Source: an uncultured Bacteroidota bacterium (lineage in GTDB: Bacteria > Bacteroidota > Bacteroidia > Bacteroidales > DTGW01). From it: a stretch of DNA of 53,993 nucleotides. The stretch lies in the NCBI GenBank assembly GCA_963726845.1, contig CAVSGB010000263.1:1-53993 (forward strand), given 5' to 3'. The translations under genes and the position numbers were made by a program. The notes beneath the pieces were generated by a model. That model was not told the origin of the DNA. It saw only the letters and a program-made list of their open reading frames with translations, and did no database searches. Position 1 is the stretch's first letter, and each line of letters opens with the position of its first letter. Positions 27,729 through 37,922 of the stretch are shown here, in pieces.

Positions 27729-28163
27729 TTATTTAATGGGTATTTTATTGATCCTTACTAAATGACGTCCTCCATCGAAATCTGTTGAGAGAAATATTTT
27801 AATAATTTCTTTGGCTTCTTTAACCGAAATAAACCTTGCCGGTAATGAACAAATATTGGCATCGTTGTGTGCGCGTGCAAGCTTTGCAATTTCTTTGTTC
27901 CAACACAAACCAGCCCTGATTCCCTGGTGTTTGTTTACAGTAATATTTATTCCATTTCCACTGCCGCACATTGAAATCCCATAATCAACTTCTCCTTTTT
28001 CAACCGAGTACGCCAATGGGTGCCCATAATCTGCATAATCGCAGCTTTCAGAGGAATTTGAACCAAAATCAATAGCTTCATAGCCATTTTCTATGAGCCA
28101 TTTTTTAATAATTTGTTTCAATTCAAAACCTGCATGATCGTTAGCAATTCCAAGTTTAACCAT
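27729..28163 (-). CDS. rpiB: Ribose-5-phosphate isomerase B
   Basis: DHAG, CGSGNG, AHNDAN, FDGGRH motifs. Confidence 0.95.
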   Translation of the reverse strand: MVKLGIANDHAGFELKQIIKKWLIENGYEAIDFGSNSSESCDYADYGHPLAYSVEKGEVDYGISMCGSGNGINITVNKHQGIRAGLCWNKEIAKLARAHNDANICSLPARFISVKEAKEIIKIFLSTDFDGGRHLVRINKIPIK

Positions 28164-28189
28164 ATTAGAAAACAAATGCTTGTAAATTT

Positions 28190-28720
28190 GCGCTTTTATA
28201 ACAATTCAAAAGTAATGATTTTGTGAATAAAATAAGATATTTATATCTCATTTACTTTTTTCAAAATAAAATTTGTCAGTAAATAATGAAAATTTCACTA
28301 AATATTGTTGAAAAGTCTTCAATAAAATCTCATTCAATTTCTTTTTATTGCATGTCATTTATATTCTATTACTCAAAATATTTACAAATCCAAAAAAAGT
28401 AGTTAGCTCAAACCTTTATTTTGTGAAACAGATATTAACTGAATATAAAACTAATAATATGGGTTTTAAAATTAAATATTTGAAATCAACATGTGTTCAT
28501 TAAAATCAGGGAGTTGCTGGTTTTCTTAAACATAAGTGTTTTATACTTGTTGATAAATTGTTATCATGTAATTATAATTGAATTTTGCAATAGAATTAAA
28601 TAAAAATTTTAAACACAATTAACAGCATATTATCATCATCATTAAAATATTTAAATTTTTTTTTTATTAATGAATATATACGGAAAAAAGTTGAAAACTA
28701 AATTTAGAAATTGAATTATT
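28190..28720. other. Candidate replication origin (oriC)
   Basis: AT-rich intergenic region with DnaA-box-like TGTGAATAA (28222-28230), TGTTGAAAA (28306-28314) and TGTTGATAA (28548-28556), a trinucleotide run CATATTATCATCATCATT (28626-28643), then an A/T tract. Confidence 0.55.
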
Positions 28721-28753
28721 CTTTTGGGTTATATTGTAATTTTAAAAAATATT

Positions 28754-29689
28754 ATGACAAAGGATTTACTGATAGATGAAATTAATAAATTAAAGAAACA
28801 GAAGAATGCTGTTATCCTCGCACATTATTACCAGGAAGGAGAAGTACAGGACATTGCTGATTTAGTTGGCGATAGTCTTGCACTTGCGCAAGGTGCATAT
28901 ATGACTAAGAAAGACATAATTGTTTTCGCTGGTGTTCATTTTATGGCTGAAACTGCAAAAATAATTAATCCTGAAAAAAAAGTTTTGTTGCCTGATTTAA
29001 TGGCTGGTTGTTCTCTTGCAGATTCATGTCCTGCAGATATGTTTAAAGAATTCATTGCGATGTATCCTGGGGCTGTTGTTATTTCATATATAAATACTAC
29101 TGCTGAAATTAAGGCTTTATCCGATATTATTTGCACTTCATCCAATGCATTAGAAATTGTTAAAAGTGTAGGTAAAGAAAAAAAAATAATTTTTGCACCT
29201 GACAAAAATTTAGGTAATTATATTAGTAGCATTACTGAAAGGGAAATGATAATTTGGGATGGTGCTTGTCATGTTCATGAAGAATTTTCTTTGGAAAAAA
29301 TTTTAGAAATAAAAAAGTGTTTTCCGGAAGCTAAAATTATTGCACATCCTGAATGTAGAAAGCATATTTTATTAGTTTCAGATTTTATTGGATCAACTTC
29401 AGCATTGCTTAAATTTGTCAAAAAGGATAAAAATAAGATTTATATTATTGCTACTGAACCTGGAATAATACATCAAATGCAAAAAGAAAATATTGATAAA
29501 ATATTTATACCTGCCCCACCAATTGATTCAACGTGTGGTTGCAATGATTGTAAATTTATGAAACTTATTACATTGAAAAAAATATATAATTGTTTATTAA
29601 ATGAGGCTCCTGAAATATTAATTAAGGAAGAATTAAGGAAAAAGGCAGAAAGTTCTATTTTAAGAATGTTGGAAATATCAGCTCAATGA
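28754..29689 (+). CDS. nadA: Quinolinate synthase
   Basis: LAHYYQ, GDSL, AGCSLAD, CHVH, AHPEC motifs. Confidence 0.95.
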   Translation: MTKDLLIDEINKLKKQKNAVILAHYYQEGEVQDIADLVGDSLALAQGAYMTKKDIIVFAGVHFMAETAKIINPEKKVLLPDLMAGCSLADSCPADMFKEFIAMYPGAVVISYINTTAEIKALSDIICTSSNALEIVKSVGKEKKIIFAPDKNLGNYISSITEREMIIWDGACHVHEEFSLEKILEIKKCFPEAKIIAHPECRKHILLVSDFIGSTSALLKFVKKDKNKIYIIATEPGIIHQMQKENIDKIFIPAPPIDSTCGCNDCKFMKLITLKKIYNCLLNEAPEILIKEELRKKAESSILRMLEISAQ

Positions 29690-29701
29690 AAAAATAAAAA
29701 T

Positions 29702-30725
29702 TTGGATAATACTTTTGATATACAAAAAGAAAAAGTTTTTAGGGATTCTGATTATGAAAATAAAATCAGACCTATTGAATTTCGTGATTTTAAAGGTCAG
29801 GAAAAAATTATTGAAAATTTAATAGTTTTTGTTCAGGCGGCAATATTAAGAGGCGATACGCTTGATCATGTTTTATTACATGGCTCATCCGGGATTAGGT
29901 AAAACTACATTAGCAAATATTATAGCTAAAGAATTAAAAGTTAATTTAAAAATTACTTCTGGTCCGGTTTTAGATAAACCTGGTGATTTAGCTGGTATTT
30001 TAACGAGTTTAGAAAAAGGTGATGTTTTATTTATAGACGAAATTCACCGTTTGTCACCAATAGTTGAGGAATACCTTTATTCGGCGATGGAAGATTACAT
30101 TATTGATATAATGATTGATAAAGGAGCTAGTGCAAGGACAATTCAAATAACTTTAAACCCTTTTACTTTAATTGGGGCTACAACACGTGCAGGTTTATTG
30201 ACAAGTCCTTTGCGTGCAAGGTTTGGAATTTCTTTACACTTAGATTATTATTCTGCGGCTATTTTAAATGATATTGTTATACGTTCGTCAAAAATTTTGA
30301 AAATCTGTATTGATAAACAGTCTTCACTTGAAATTTCTTCAAGAAGTCGTGGTACGCCTCGTATTGCAAATGCATTGCTTAGGCGTGTACGCGATTTTGC
30401 GCAAATTAAAGGAAATGGAAATATAGATTTAGAAATTACTCAATACGCTCTTAATGCTTTAAATATCGATAAAAATGGATTGGATGATATAGATACAAAA
30501 TTGCTTCGTTCCATTATTGAAAAGTTTAACGGTGGACCGGTTGGTTTGAATACTATTTCTACATTGGTAGGAGAGGACCCGGGAACAATTGAAGAAGTTT
30601 ATGAACCATTTCTGTTAAAAGAAGGATATATTAAAAGAACTCCCAGGGGACGTGAAGTTACTGAAAGGGCTTATACTGCTTTGGGTGTAATTAGAGATTT
30701 AAATTCACAGGGAAAATTATTTTAA
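29702..30725 (+). CDS. ruvB: Holliday junction helicase RuvB (frameshift ~29885)
   Basis: [43 protein letters not shown]. Confidence 0.93.
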
Positions 30726-30726
30726 A

Positions 30727-31142
30727 ATGCAAAGCGAAATAAATGTTAGATGGGATGAAAAAATGGCTTTTACTGCTGAAGTAGGTAAATTTAAAATTCT
30801 TCTTGATGCAGCTGAAGAAGTTGGAGGTGAAAATAAAGGCCAGCTCGTCCAAAACCTTTATTATTAGTGTCTTTGGCTGGTTGTACTGGAATGGACGTAA
30901 TTTCAATCCTTGAAAAGATGAAGGTTAAATTAAAATCCTTCAATATTAAGGTTGTGGGAGATATAAATGAAGAGCACCCTAAAAAATTCAATGCAATTAA
31001 AATAATTTATGAATTTTCGGGTGATAACCTTAATTTGGAAAAGCTTAAAAAAGCGGTTAAGCTATCTGAAGAAAAATATTGTGGTGTACTTGCTACACTT
31101 AGAGGTTCAGTAAAACTTGATTTTGAAATTAAAATTCTTTGA
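30727..31142 (+). CDS. OsmC/YhfA-family protein (frameshift ~30841)
   Basis: MQSEINVRWDEKMAF..DAAEEVGGENKG joins RPKPLLLVSLAGCTGMDV..EKYCGV. Confidence 0.85.
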
Positions 31143-31156
31143 AAGAATAATTGGTT

Positions 31157-32167
31157 TCAAATAAATTGATTTAAGAATCGTACATCATTTTCAAAATACA
31201 ATCTCAAATCTTTAACAGAATATTTTAACATTGCAGTTCTTTCAATTCCCATACCAAAAGCGAAACCTGAATATTCTTTAGGATCAATATTACAATTTTC
31301 TAGTACTTTAGGATCGACCATTCCACAACCTAAAACTTCTAACCAACCAGTATATTTACAAACATTACAACCAACCCCTTTACAGATTTTGCATGAAACA
31401 TCCATTTCTGCCGAAGGTTCTGTGAAAGGAAAAAAAGAGGGTCGCAAGCGGATTTTTGTTTCTTCTCCAAACATTTCCTTAGCAAAGAAAAGAAGTGTTT
31501 GTTTTAAATCAGCAAAGGAGACATTTTTATCTATATACAAACCTTCTATTTGATGAAAGATGCAATGTGCGCGAGCTGAAATTGCCTCATTTCTGAATAC
31601 CCTTCCTGGCATTATAATTCGAAGGGGTGGCCTTAACGATTCCATGGCCCTAATTTGTACAGATGATGTATGTGTTCGAAGAAGAATATCTTGTGTTTTT
31701 TCAAAGAAGAATGTATCTTGCATGTCTCTTGCAGGATGATCAAAAGGAAAGTTTAAAGCCGAAAATACATGCCAATCGTCTTCAATTTCTGGTCCTTCAG
31801 AAATTGAAAAGCCAAGTTTTAAGAATATTTCGCAAAGTTCATTTTTTACTTTTGAGATCGGGTGTCTTGCACCAATTGCTATAGAATTACCTGGCAATGT
31901 TAAATCTATTGATGTTGGCTTTGGTTCTTTTTTATTAAATTTTTTCTGAAATTCTTGTAATTTGTTTTCAAAAATGTTTTTAAGATCATTGATCAATTTT
32001 CCGTATTCACGTTTTTGTTCATTGGGAATTGTTTTCAATTCTTCATATAGCGAAGAAAAAATTCCTTTTTTACTTAAATATTTAACTCGAAAAATTTCAA
32101 ATTGTTCATTATTTTCCGGAGAAAAATTTTGAATTTCAGATAAATAAGCTGTAACTTTTTCTTTCAT
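31157..32167 (-). CDS. pheS: Phenylalanyl-tRNA synthetase alpha subunit
   Basis: HPARDMQDTF, LRTHTS, FPFTEPS, FAFGMGIER. Confidence 0.97.
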   Translation of the reverse strand: MKEKVTAYLSEIQNFSPENNEQFEIFRVKYLSKKGIFSSLYEELKTIPNEQKREYGKLINDLKNIFENKLQEFQKKFNKKEPKPTSIDLTLPGNSIAIGARHPISKVKNELCEIFLKLGFSISEGPEIEDDWHVFSALNFPFDHPARDMQDTFFFEKTQDILLRTHTSSVQIRAMESLRPPLRIIMPGRVFRNEAISARAHCIFHQIEGLYIDKNVSFADLKQTLLFFAKEMFGEETKIRLRPSFFPFTEPSAEMDVSCKICKGVGCNVCKYTGWLEVLGCGMVDPKVLENCNIDPKEYSGFAFGMGIERTAMLKYSVKDLRLYFENDVRFLNQFI

Positions 32168-32225
32168 AAAAAGAGCTTTTGTTTATAGCAAAAATAGTCA
32201 TTAATAGTATTTTAAAAATATAAAT

Positions 32226-33083
32226 ATGAAAATTGCGATTGCCGGCCATAATGGCTTCCTTGGAAACTTAACAAAAACCTACTTTAAAAAGTTCGGCCAT
32301 TCGATAATTTTAATTTCTAAAAATGATTTTAAAAAGAAAAATATTTTAGATAACAAAATTAGTAATGCTGATGTTATAATAAACTTTTGTGGAGCCAGAA
32401 TTGATAAACGATGGTCTGATAGATACAAGGATGAGCTTATAAATAGCAGGGTTCTAACAACAAAAGCAATATTGGATTCTATTAAGAACTCGAATGAAAC
32501 TGGAAAATATTTACTAAATGCTTCGGCAATTGGAATCTATAGTGAAGAAGGTGTTCATACTGAGAGTAGTAATTTATTTGAAAATAATTTTTTAAGTAAA
32601 GTTGTTACAAAATGGGAAAGTCAAATAGGAAATCAAATTGAATTTAAGAACTACTGTATTATTCGTTTGGGAATTGTTATTGATAATAGATGCAGATTTT
32701 TAAAAAATATTACAAAATTTTATAAGTTTAAAATTTCAGTTTATTTAGGAAATAAAAAAAATAGGTTTTGTTTTATTGATTCTTATGATTTTTTACATGC
32801 ACTTGAATTTGTAATTGACAAGAAATTAACAGGAGTTTGCAATTTTGTTTCTCCTATGAGTTGTACAAATTATGAAGTTGCTTTGTTATTAAAGAAAATA
32901 TTCAACGCCTGGGTTGTCATTAAAATTCCAAATTTTATTTTAAAAATTTTGTTTGGTGAAAATTATTATGTTTTAACCCATACCCCGGCAGTTGTTCCTG
33001 AAAAATTGTTAAATAATGGTTTTGTTTTTAAGTTTAGCAATATAAAAGATTCATTAAATTCTAAATTCGTAAAAAAATTATAA
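32226..33083 (+). CDS. TIGR01777-like NAD-dependent epimerase (DUF1731)
   Basis: IAGHNGFLG, KRWS..YKDELINSRV, ASAIGIY, PEKLLNNGFVF. Confidence 0.85.
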   Translation: MKIAIAGHNGFLGNLTKTYFKKFGHSIILISKNDFKKKNILDNKISNADVIINFCGARIDKRWSDRYKDELINSRVLTTKAILDSIKNSNETGKYLLNASAIGIYSEEGVHTESSNLFENNFLSKVVTKWESQIGNQIEFKNYCIIRLGIVIDNRCRFLKNITKFYKFKISVYLGNKKNRFCFIDSYDFLHALEFVIDKKLTGVCNFVSPMSCTNYEVALLLKKIFNAWVVIKIPNFILKILFGENYYVLTHTPAVVPEKLLNNGFVFKFSNIKDSLNSKFVKKL

Positions 33084-33096
33084 TTTAATTTGTTAG

Positions 33097-33528
33097 ATGA
33101 AAATTAAAATTATTAATAAATCAAAACATTCACTGCCAGAATATCAAACTGAATTCAGTGCCGGAATAGATTTAAAAGCAAATATTGATACTCCTGTTTT
33201 ATTAAAATCTTTAGAACATGCTTTAATACCTACTGGAATTTATATAGAATTACCTATTGGTTGTGAAGCACAAATACGTCCAAGAAGTGGATTAGCTGCG
33301 AAATTTGGAATAACAGTTTTAAATTCTCCTGGAACTATTGATGCTGATTACAGAGGAGAAATCAAGGTAATTTTAGTAAACCTTTCAAATATTGACTTTT
33401 TAGTAAATGATGGTGAAAGAATCTGCCAGATGATAGTTGCAAAGCATGAAAGAATTGAATGGGTTGAAGCTACATCATTAAATGAAACAAGTAGAGGACA
33501 TGGTGGTTTTGGACACACAGGAAAATAA
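33097..33528 (+). CDS. dut: dUTP diphosphatase
   Basis: [33 protein letters not shown]. Confidence 0.97.
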   Translation: MKIKIINKSKHSLPEYQTEFSAGIDLKANIDTPVLLKSLEHALIPTGIYIELPIGCEAQIRPRSGLAAKFGITVLNSPGTIDADYRGEIKVILVNLSNIDFLVNDGERICQMIVAKHERIEWVEATSLNETSRGHGGFGHTGK

Positions 33529-33533
33529 TTTGT

Positions 33534-35222
33534 ATGAAAAATTTTATTTTTATTTTTTTCGCGTTTTTCACGTTTTATAAAATTGATGGACAATCTATTA
33601 AATCTGATAAAAACGATTTAAAGTATGCTTTTATCGAAGCTATTAAAAGTAAAGAATTTGGCAATCTGGGACAATCTGCATTCCTATTACAAAAATATAT
33701 TGAAAATGATTCTACCTGTGGTGCTTGCTATTATGAACTTTCAATTCTATATTTTTATTCTAAGGATATTAAGGATGCATTGAGATGCGCTGAAAAAGCT
33801 GTTTATTTTGATAATTTAAATTATTGGTATTTGAAAAACTTAGCTGAGATTCAAACTTCTTATGAAAAATTTATTGATGCGGAAAGAACTTATAATATAT
33901 TATTACAAAAAAATTTGAGTAAGCTTGAAGATGATTATAACTATGCTTTAGTTCTTTTTAAATTGAACAAAGCTAAAGAAGCACTTAAAATTTTAAATAA
34001 AATTGAAAATGAAAACGGAGTTTCGGAGATTGTTTCATTGGCAAAATATAAATATTTTTTAAGTACAGGAGATTTGAATAAAGCCGAAAATGAAATTAGA
34101 AAATTATTAAAAATAGATTATGATAATCTTAGTTTATATGGAATGCTCGCTGAATTATATGCAATTCAGAAAAAAGATAAGGAATCATTGTTTAATTATC
34201 ATTTATTATTAATGTCAGATTCATTAAATATTCCTGCGCTTACATCTTTAGGACGTTTCTATTTTTCGAGGAATGACACTATAAATTCTTTAAAAACATT
34301 CAATTTAATTTTTAAAAACAATAATATTTCATTATCTAATAAAATTGATGCTTTCATTGATTTTAATAAAAATTCTGATAATTATTATTTAGAAAATATT
34401 TATTTAAAAGATGTTATAGAATTTATGTTGGCTTTTTATCCAAACAATATTAAAGTTTTAGAAGTTGCCTGTGATTATTATGAACATATTAAAGAAATAA
34501 ATAAATCTATCTCAAATTGTAAAATACTTACGAACCTTGTCAAAAAGGAACCTACTTATTGGGAACGATTATTTTATTATTACAATTCATTAGAGAATTA
34601 TAATGAAATATTAAGTATATCAGATTCTGTTTTATATAAATTTAGTGACAGGCCATTTCTTTATTTTATTACTGGTTTGGCAAATTATCAAAATAATAAA
34701 ATCGAGTCTTCTGTTCCATATTTTTTAAAAGGATTTAAATTATCTTCTGGAAATGAATTTTTACATGAACAATTTGTTTTATTTCTTTCTGAAGCATATT
34801 ATAAATTAGAAAAAAAGGATTCTTCATATTATTATTTTGAATTAGGGCTAAGTGCTGATAAAAAAAATTATGCATTGATGAATAATTATGCATTTTATCT
34901 TGCTGAAAATAATGAAAATTTGGAAAAAGCGCTTAATTTGTCATTGGAGACAATTGAAAAGGAACCTGAAAATGCTACTTATCTTGATACCTATGCATGG
35001 GTTTTGTATAAGCAAAAAGTGTATAAAAGTGCATATAAGTTTATTAAGTTAGCTTTTAAATTTGGTGATAAAAAGAATCCAGATATTTTGGAACATTATG
35101 GAGATATTTGCTATTGTTTAGGTAAGAAAAATGATGCAATAGAAAAATGGAAAAAGTCTGTTTTATTAGGTGGTGATAAGAATAGGATAGAAAAGAAAAT
35201 AGGTTATTTCAAATGCGATTAA
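33534..35222 (+). CDS. Exported TPR protein
   Basis: Signal peptide, repeated helical motifs, NNYAFYLA, YLDTYAWVLY, LEHYGD. Confidence 0.85.
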   Translation: MKNFIFIFFAFFTFYKIDGQSIKSDKNDLKYAFIEAIKSKEFGNLGQSAFLLQKYIENDSTCGACYYELSILYFYSKDIKDALRCAEKAVYFDNLNYWYLKNLAEIQTSYEKFIDAERTYNILLQKNLSKLEDDYNYALVLFKLNKAKEALKILNKIENENGVSEIVSLAKYKYFLSTGDLNKAENEIRKLLKIDYDNLSLYGMLAELYAIQKKDKESLFNYHLLLMSDSLNIPALTSLGRFYFSRNDTINSLKTFNLIFKNNNISLSNKIDAFIDFNKNSDNYYLENIYLKDVIEFMLAFYPNNIKVLEVACDYYEHIKEINKSISNCKILTNLVKKEPTYWERLFYYYNSLENYNEILSISDSVLYKFSDRPFLYFITGLANYQNNKIESSVPYFLKGFKLSSGNEFLHEQFVLFLSEAYYKLEKKDSSYYYFELGLSADKKNYALMNNYAFYLAENNENLEKALNLSLETIEKEPENATYLDTYAWVLYKQKVYKSAYKFIKLAFKFGDKKNPDILEHYGDICYCLGKKNDAIEKWKKSVLLGGDKNRIEKKIGYFKCD

Positions 35223-35770
35223 AAAATTATCTGTTTTATGTAATTATTTTAACTGCTTTAATATTTAGTTGTTCGATAAATAAAAAGATTTCGTCAATTT
35301 CTAAATATAAAGGCCAAGTTGAAATAAAAAATTCAAATGATTTAAAATTCAAATATTATTTAATTGTTGATAGTTTTTGCAATTTAAGGTTCAAAATTTA
35401 TGACTTATCTGGAATTAAAATTTCTGAATTTATATTAAACAATGATTCGATCAATATAAATTATATTATTGATAATTCATATAAAAGCTATATACTTGAA
35501 ATTTTTAATAAGTTCAACAGGGAAAAATGCCTGAAAGAAATAATTTATGATATTTTTAATTTTGGCATTTTTTCTGATAGTGTTAATTTCAACAAAAAGA
35601 TACATTGTTATAACAGGAATATAGTTACCAGTGAAAATATTAGAGTTTACGAAATAAATGATTTAAAATTCAATAAAGTTTTTAGTATTACTGCAATGGA
35701 TTTTTATAATAAAGATTTTGTGATATTACTGAATAGTGGGATTAAAGTTAAATTGAAAATATTTGATTAG
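35213..35770 (+). CDS. Hypothetical lipoprotein (occupies the DUF4292 position)
   Basis: Lipobox IFSC. Lies between the TPR gene and envC; sequence not recognisable. Confidence 0.55.
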   Translation: MRLKNYLFYVIILTALIFSCSINKKISSISKYKGQVEIKNSNDLKFKYYLIVDSFCNLRFKIYDLSGIKISEFILNNDSININYIIDNSYKSYILEIFNKFNREKCLKEIIYDIFNFGIFSDSVNFNKKIHCYNRNIVTSENIRVYEINDLKFNKVFSITAMDFYNKDFVILLNSGIKVKLKIFD

Positions 35771-36972
35771 TGAGATACTTTCGGCTTCATATTATAATTT
35801 TATTAGTATTAATTTTTGCTCAGGAAAATTCTAATTCCGTAGTTCAGAAGCGCACTGATCTGGAAAAGATCAGAAAAGAAAAGTTAAAAGAAATTGAAAA
35901 TATTGAAAATTTAATTTCAGATACTAAAAAAGGTAAAGATTATAGTCTCAACAAAATTAATTTGCTTAACAGAAAAATTTCTATACGAAATGAAATAATA
36001 GAAAATTTAAATAATTCAATTGATGAAATTGGGGCAAAGATTAATCTTTTATCAATAGATATTTCGTCACGTAACATTGAAATTCAAAATTTTAAAGAAG
36101 AATACAGAAAAATTATATATGTAAGTTATTATCGTTTAAAAAATTTCAATCAACTTATTTTTATTTTGTCTTCAAATAGTGTAAATCAGGCATATCGTAG
36201 GTTGTATTATTTACGCCAATATGCTGTACATAGAAAAAATTTACTTATTAGGATAAATAACGAAATAATATATTCTGAAAATAATATTTCTGATTTAAAA
36301 TTACAAAAGGATATGAAGGTTTCTTTACTAAGCGAAAAAGAAAAAGAAACTGAAAAACTTCAGGATGATAATAAAATTCAAAAGAATTTAATTGCAGAGT
36401 ACAACAAAAAAGAGGTTAATTTAAAACATGATTTAAAGGAATTACAAGAAGCAACAAAGCGTATTGAGCTGGAGATTGAAAAAATAATAAAAGAAGAGGC
36501 TTTAGCAAAACCAAAAAAAAGTAAAAAAGCATCAAATGATGATTTAAAGTTGTCAAAAAATTTTTCTTTAAACAAGGGTAAATTTCCGTGGCCAGTAGAA
36601 AATGGAACTGTAATTTCTTTTTTTGGTGAACATCCGCATCCTGTTTTTAAAGGAATTATGATAAAAAATGACGGAATAGATATTTCAACGGCTTGTAATT
36701 CTTCAGTAAGATGTATCTTTGATGGTGTAATTTCGAAGATTTTTGCAATAAAAGGGGCAAATTTTGCTGTAATTATTCGTCATGGTAATTTTTTATCTGT
36801 TTATCAAAACTTACAAGTTGTTAGTATAAAAATTGGTGAGCAGGTTAAAACAAAACAGGCTATTGGAACCTCATATTGCGATAATTCAAATAATATTTCT
36901 ACAGTTCATTTTGGATTATGGCAAGAGCTTACAAAACTGAACCCAATGGAATGGTTGTCGAATAAGAATTAA
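35770..36972 (+). CDS. envC: Murein hydrolase activator EnvC-like (coiled coil + M23)
   Basis: Long coiled coil, NKGKFPWPV, NDGIDI, IIRHG..SVYQNL, LNPMEW. Confidence 0.85.
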   Translation: MRYFRLHIIILLVLIFAQENSNSVVQKRTDLEKIRKEKLKEIENIENLISDTKKGKDYSLNKINLLNRKISIRNEIIENLNNSIDEIGAKINLLSIDISSRNIEIQNFKEEYRKIIYVSYYRLKNFNQLIFILSSNSVNQAYRRLYYLRQYAVHRKNLLIRINNEIIYSENNISDLKLQKDMKVSLLSEKEKETEKLQDDNKIQKNLIAEYNKKEVNLKHDLKELQEATKRIELEIEKIIKEEALAKPKKSKKASNDDLKLSKNFSLNKGKFPWPVENGTVISFFGEHPHPVFKGIMIKNDGIDISTACNSSVRCIFDGVISKIFAIKGANFAVIIRHGNFLSVYQNLQVVSIKIGEQVKTKQAIGTSYCDNSNNISTVHFGLWQELTKLNPMEWLSNKN

Positions 36973-37088
36973 TACTTATGTATAATTTTAAAAAATTTGA
37001 TTATATTTATTCATAAAAATGATAATTTTGGTAACTTATTAGAAATTTGAAAGTATAAAGCCTTACTCATTTGTTAATTGTGCAATAA

Positions 37089-37487
37089 ATGGAAAAACAA
37101 ATATTAGTCCCATCAAAAATAGAGAACTTGAGAAAAGTTGAGAAATTTGTGGATGAAATTTCTTCTGAATGCAAATTAAATTCTGAACTTTATGGAAATA
37201 TTTTAATTGCTACATTAGAAGCTTCTAATAATGCAATAGTTCATGGAAATAAATTAAATGAAAATATTGATGTTAAAATAAGTGCATCATTGAAAGATAA
37301 TGTTTTATTTATTTCTATTGAAGATACAGGTAAGGGTTTTGACTACAAACATATTCCCGATCCTACAGCACCTGAAAATATCGAAAACGTTAGTGGTCGG
37401 GGTGTATTCCTGATGGAAAAGTTATCAGATAAATTAGTTTTTAAAAACAATGGCAGCATTGTTGAACTTTATTTTAATATAAAGTAA
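37089..37487 (+). CDS. RsbW-like anti-sigma Ser/Thr kinase (HATPase_c_2)
   Basis: EASNNAIVHGN, EDTGKGFD, SGRGVFLM. Confidence 0.85.
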   Translation: MEKQILVPSKIENLRKVEKFVDEISSECKLNSELYGNILIATLEASNNAIVHGNKLNENIDVKISASLKDNVLFISIEDTGKGFDYKHIPDPTAPENIENVSGRGVFLMEKLSDKLVFKNNGSIVELYFNIK

Positions 37488-37907
37488 TTGGAAATTAATT
37501 TCTTTTTTTCTGAGTTTAATATTTTTCATCTTAATAAAAAAAAACTTCGTAATAATTTTATTAAAATTGCTCTTTTTGAAGGTTATTCAATAAATGTTTT
37601 GAATATTATACTTACGAATGACAAGAAAATTTTACTACTTAACAAAAAATTTCTTTTTCATAATTACCCTACTGATATAATTACTTTTAATTATTGTAAG
37701 AATTTTTCTTTATCAGCTGATATTTATATTAGTGTTGATACTATTTTTTACAATTCTAAAAAATTTAATGTTAGCTTTCAAACTGAGCTATTTAGAGTTT
37801 TAATACATGGTATTTTGCATTTAATGAAATTTAATGACAAATTATATTATGAAAGAAAAATTATGCGAATTAAAGAAGATTTCTATTTGCGATTGTTTAA
37901 GAGGTAA
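37488..37907 (+). CDS. ybeY: rRNA maturation RNase YbeY
   Basis: HNYPTDIITF, DIYIS, RVLIHGILHL. Confidence 0.88.
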   Translation: MEINFFFSEFNIFHLNKKKLRNNFIKIALFEGYSINVLNIILTNDKKILLLNKKFLFHNYPTDIITFNYCKNFSLSADIYISVDTIFYNSKKFNVSFQTELFRVLIHGILHLMKFNDKLYYERKIMRIKEDFYLRLFKR

Positions 37908-37922
37908 ATAGTTAGTTTTTAT

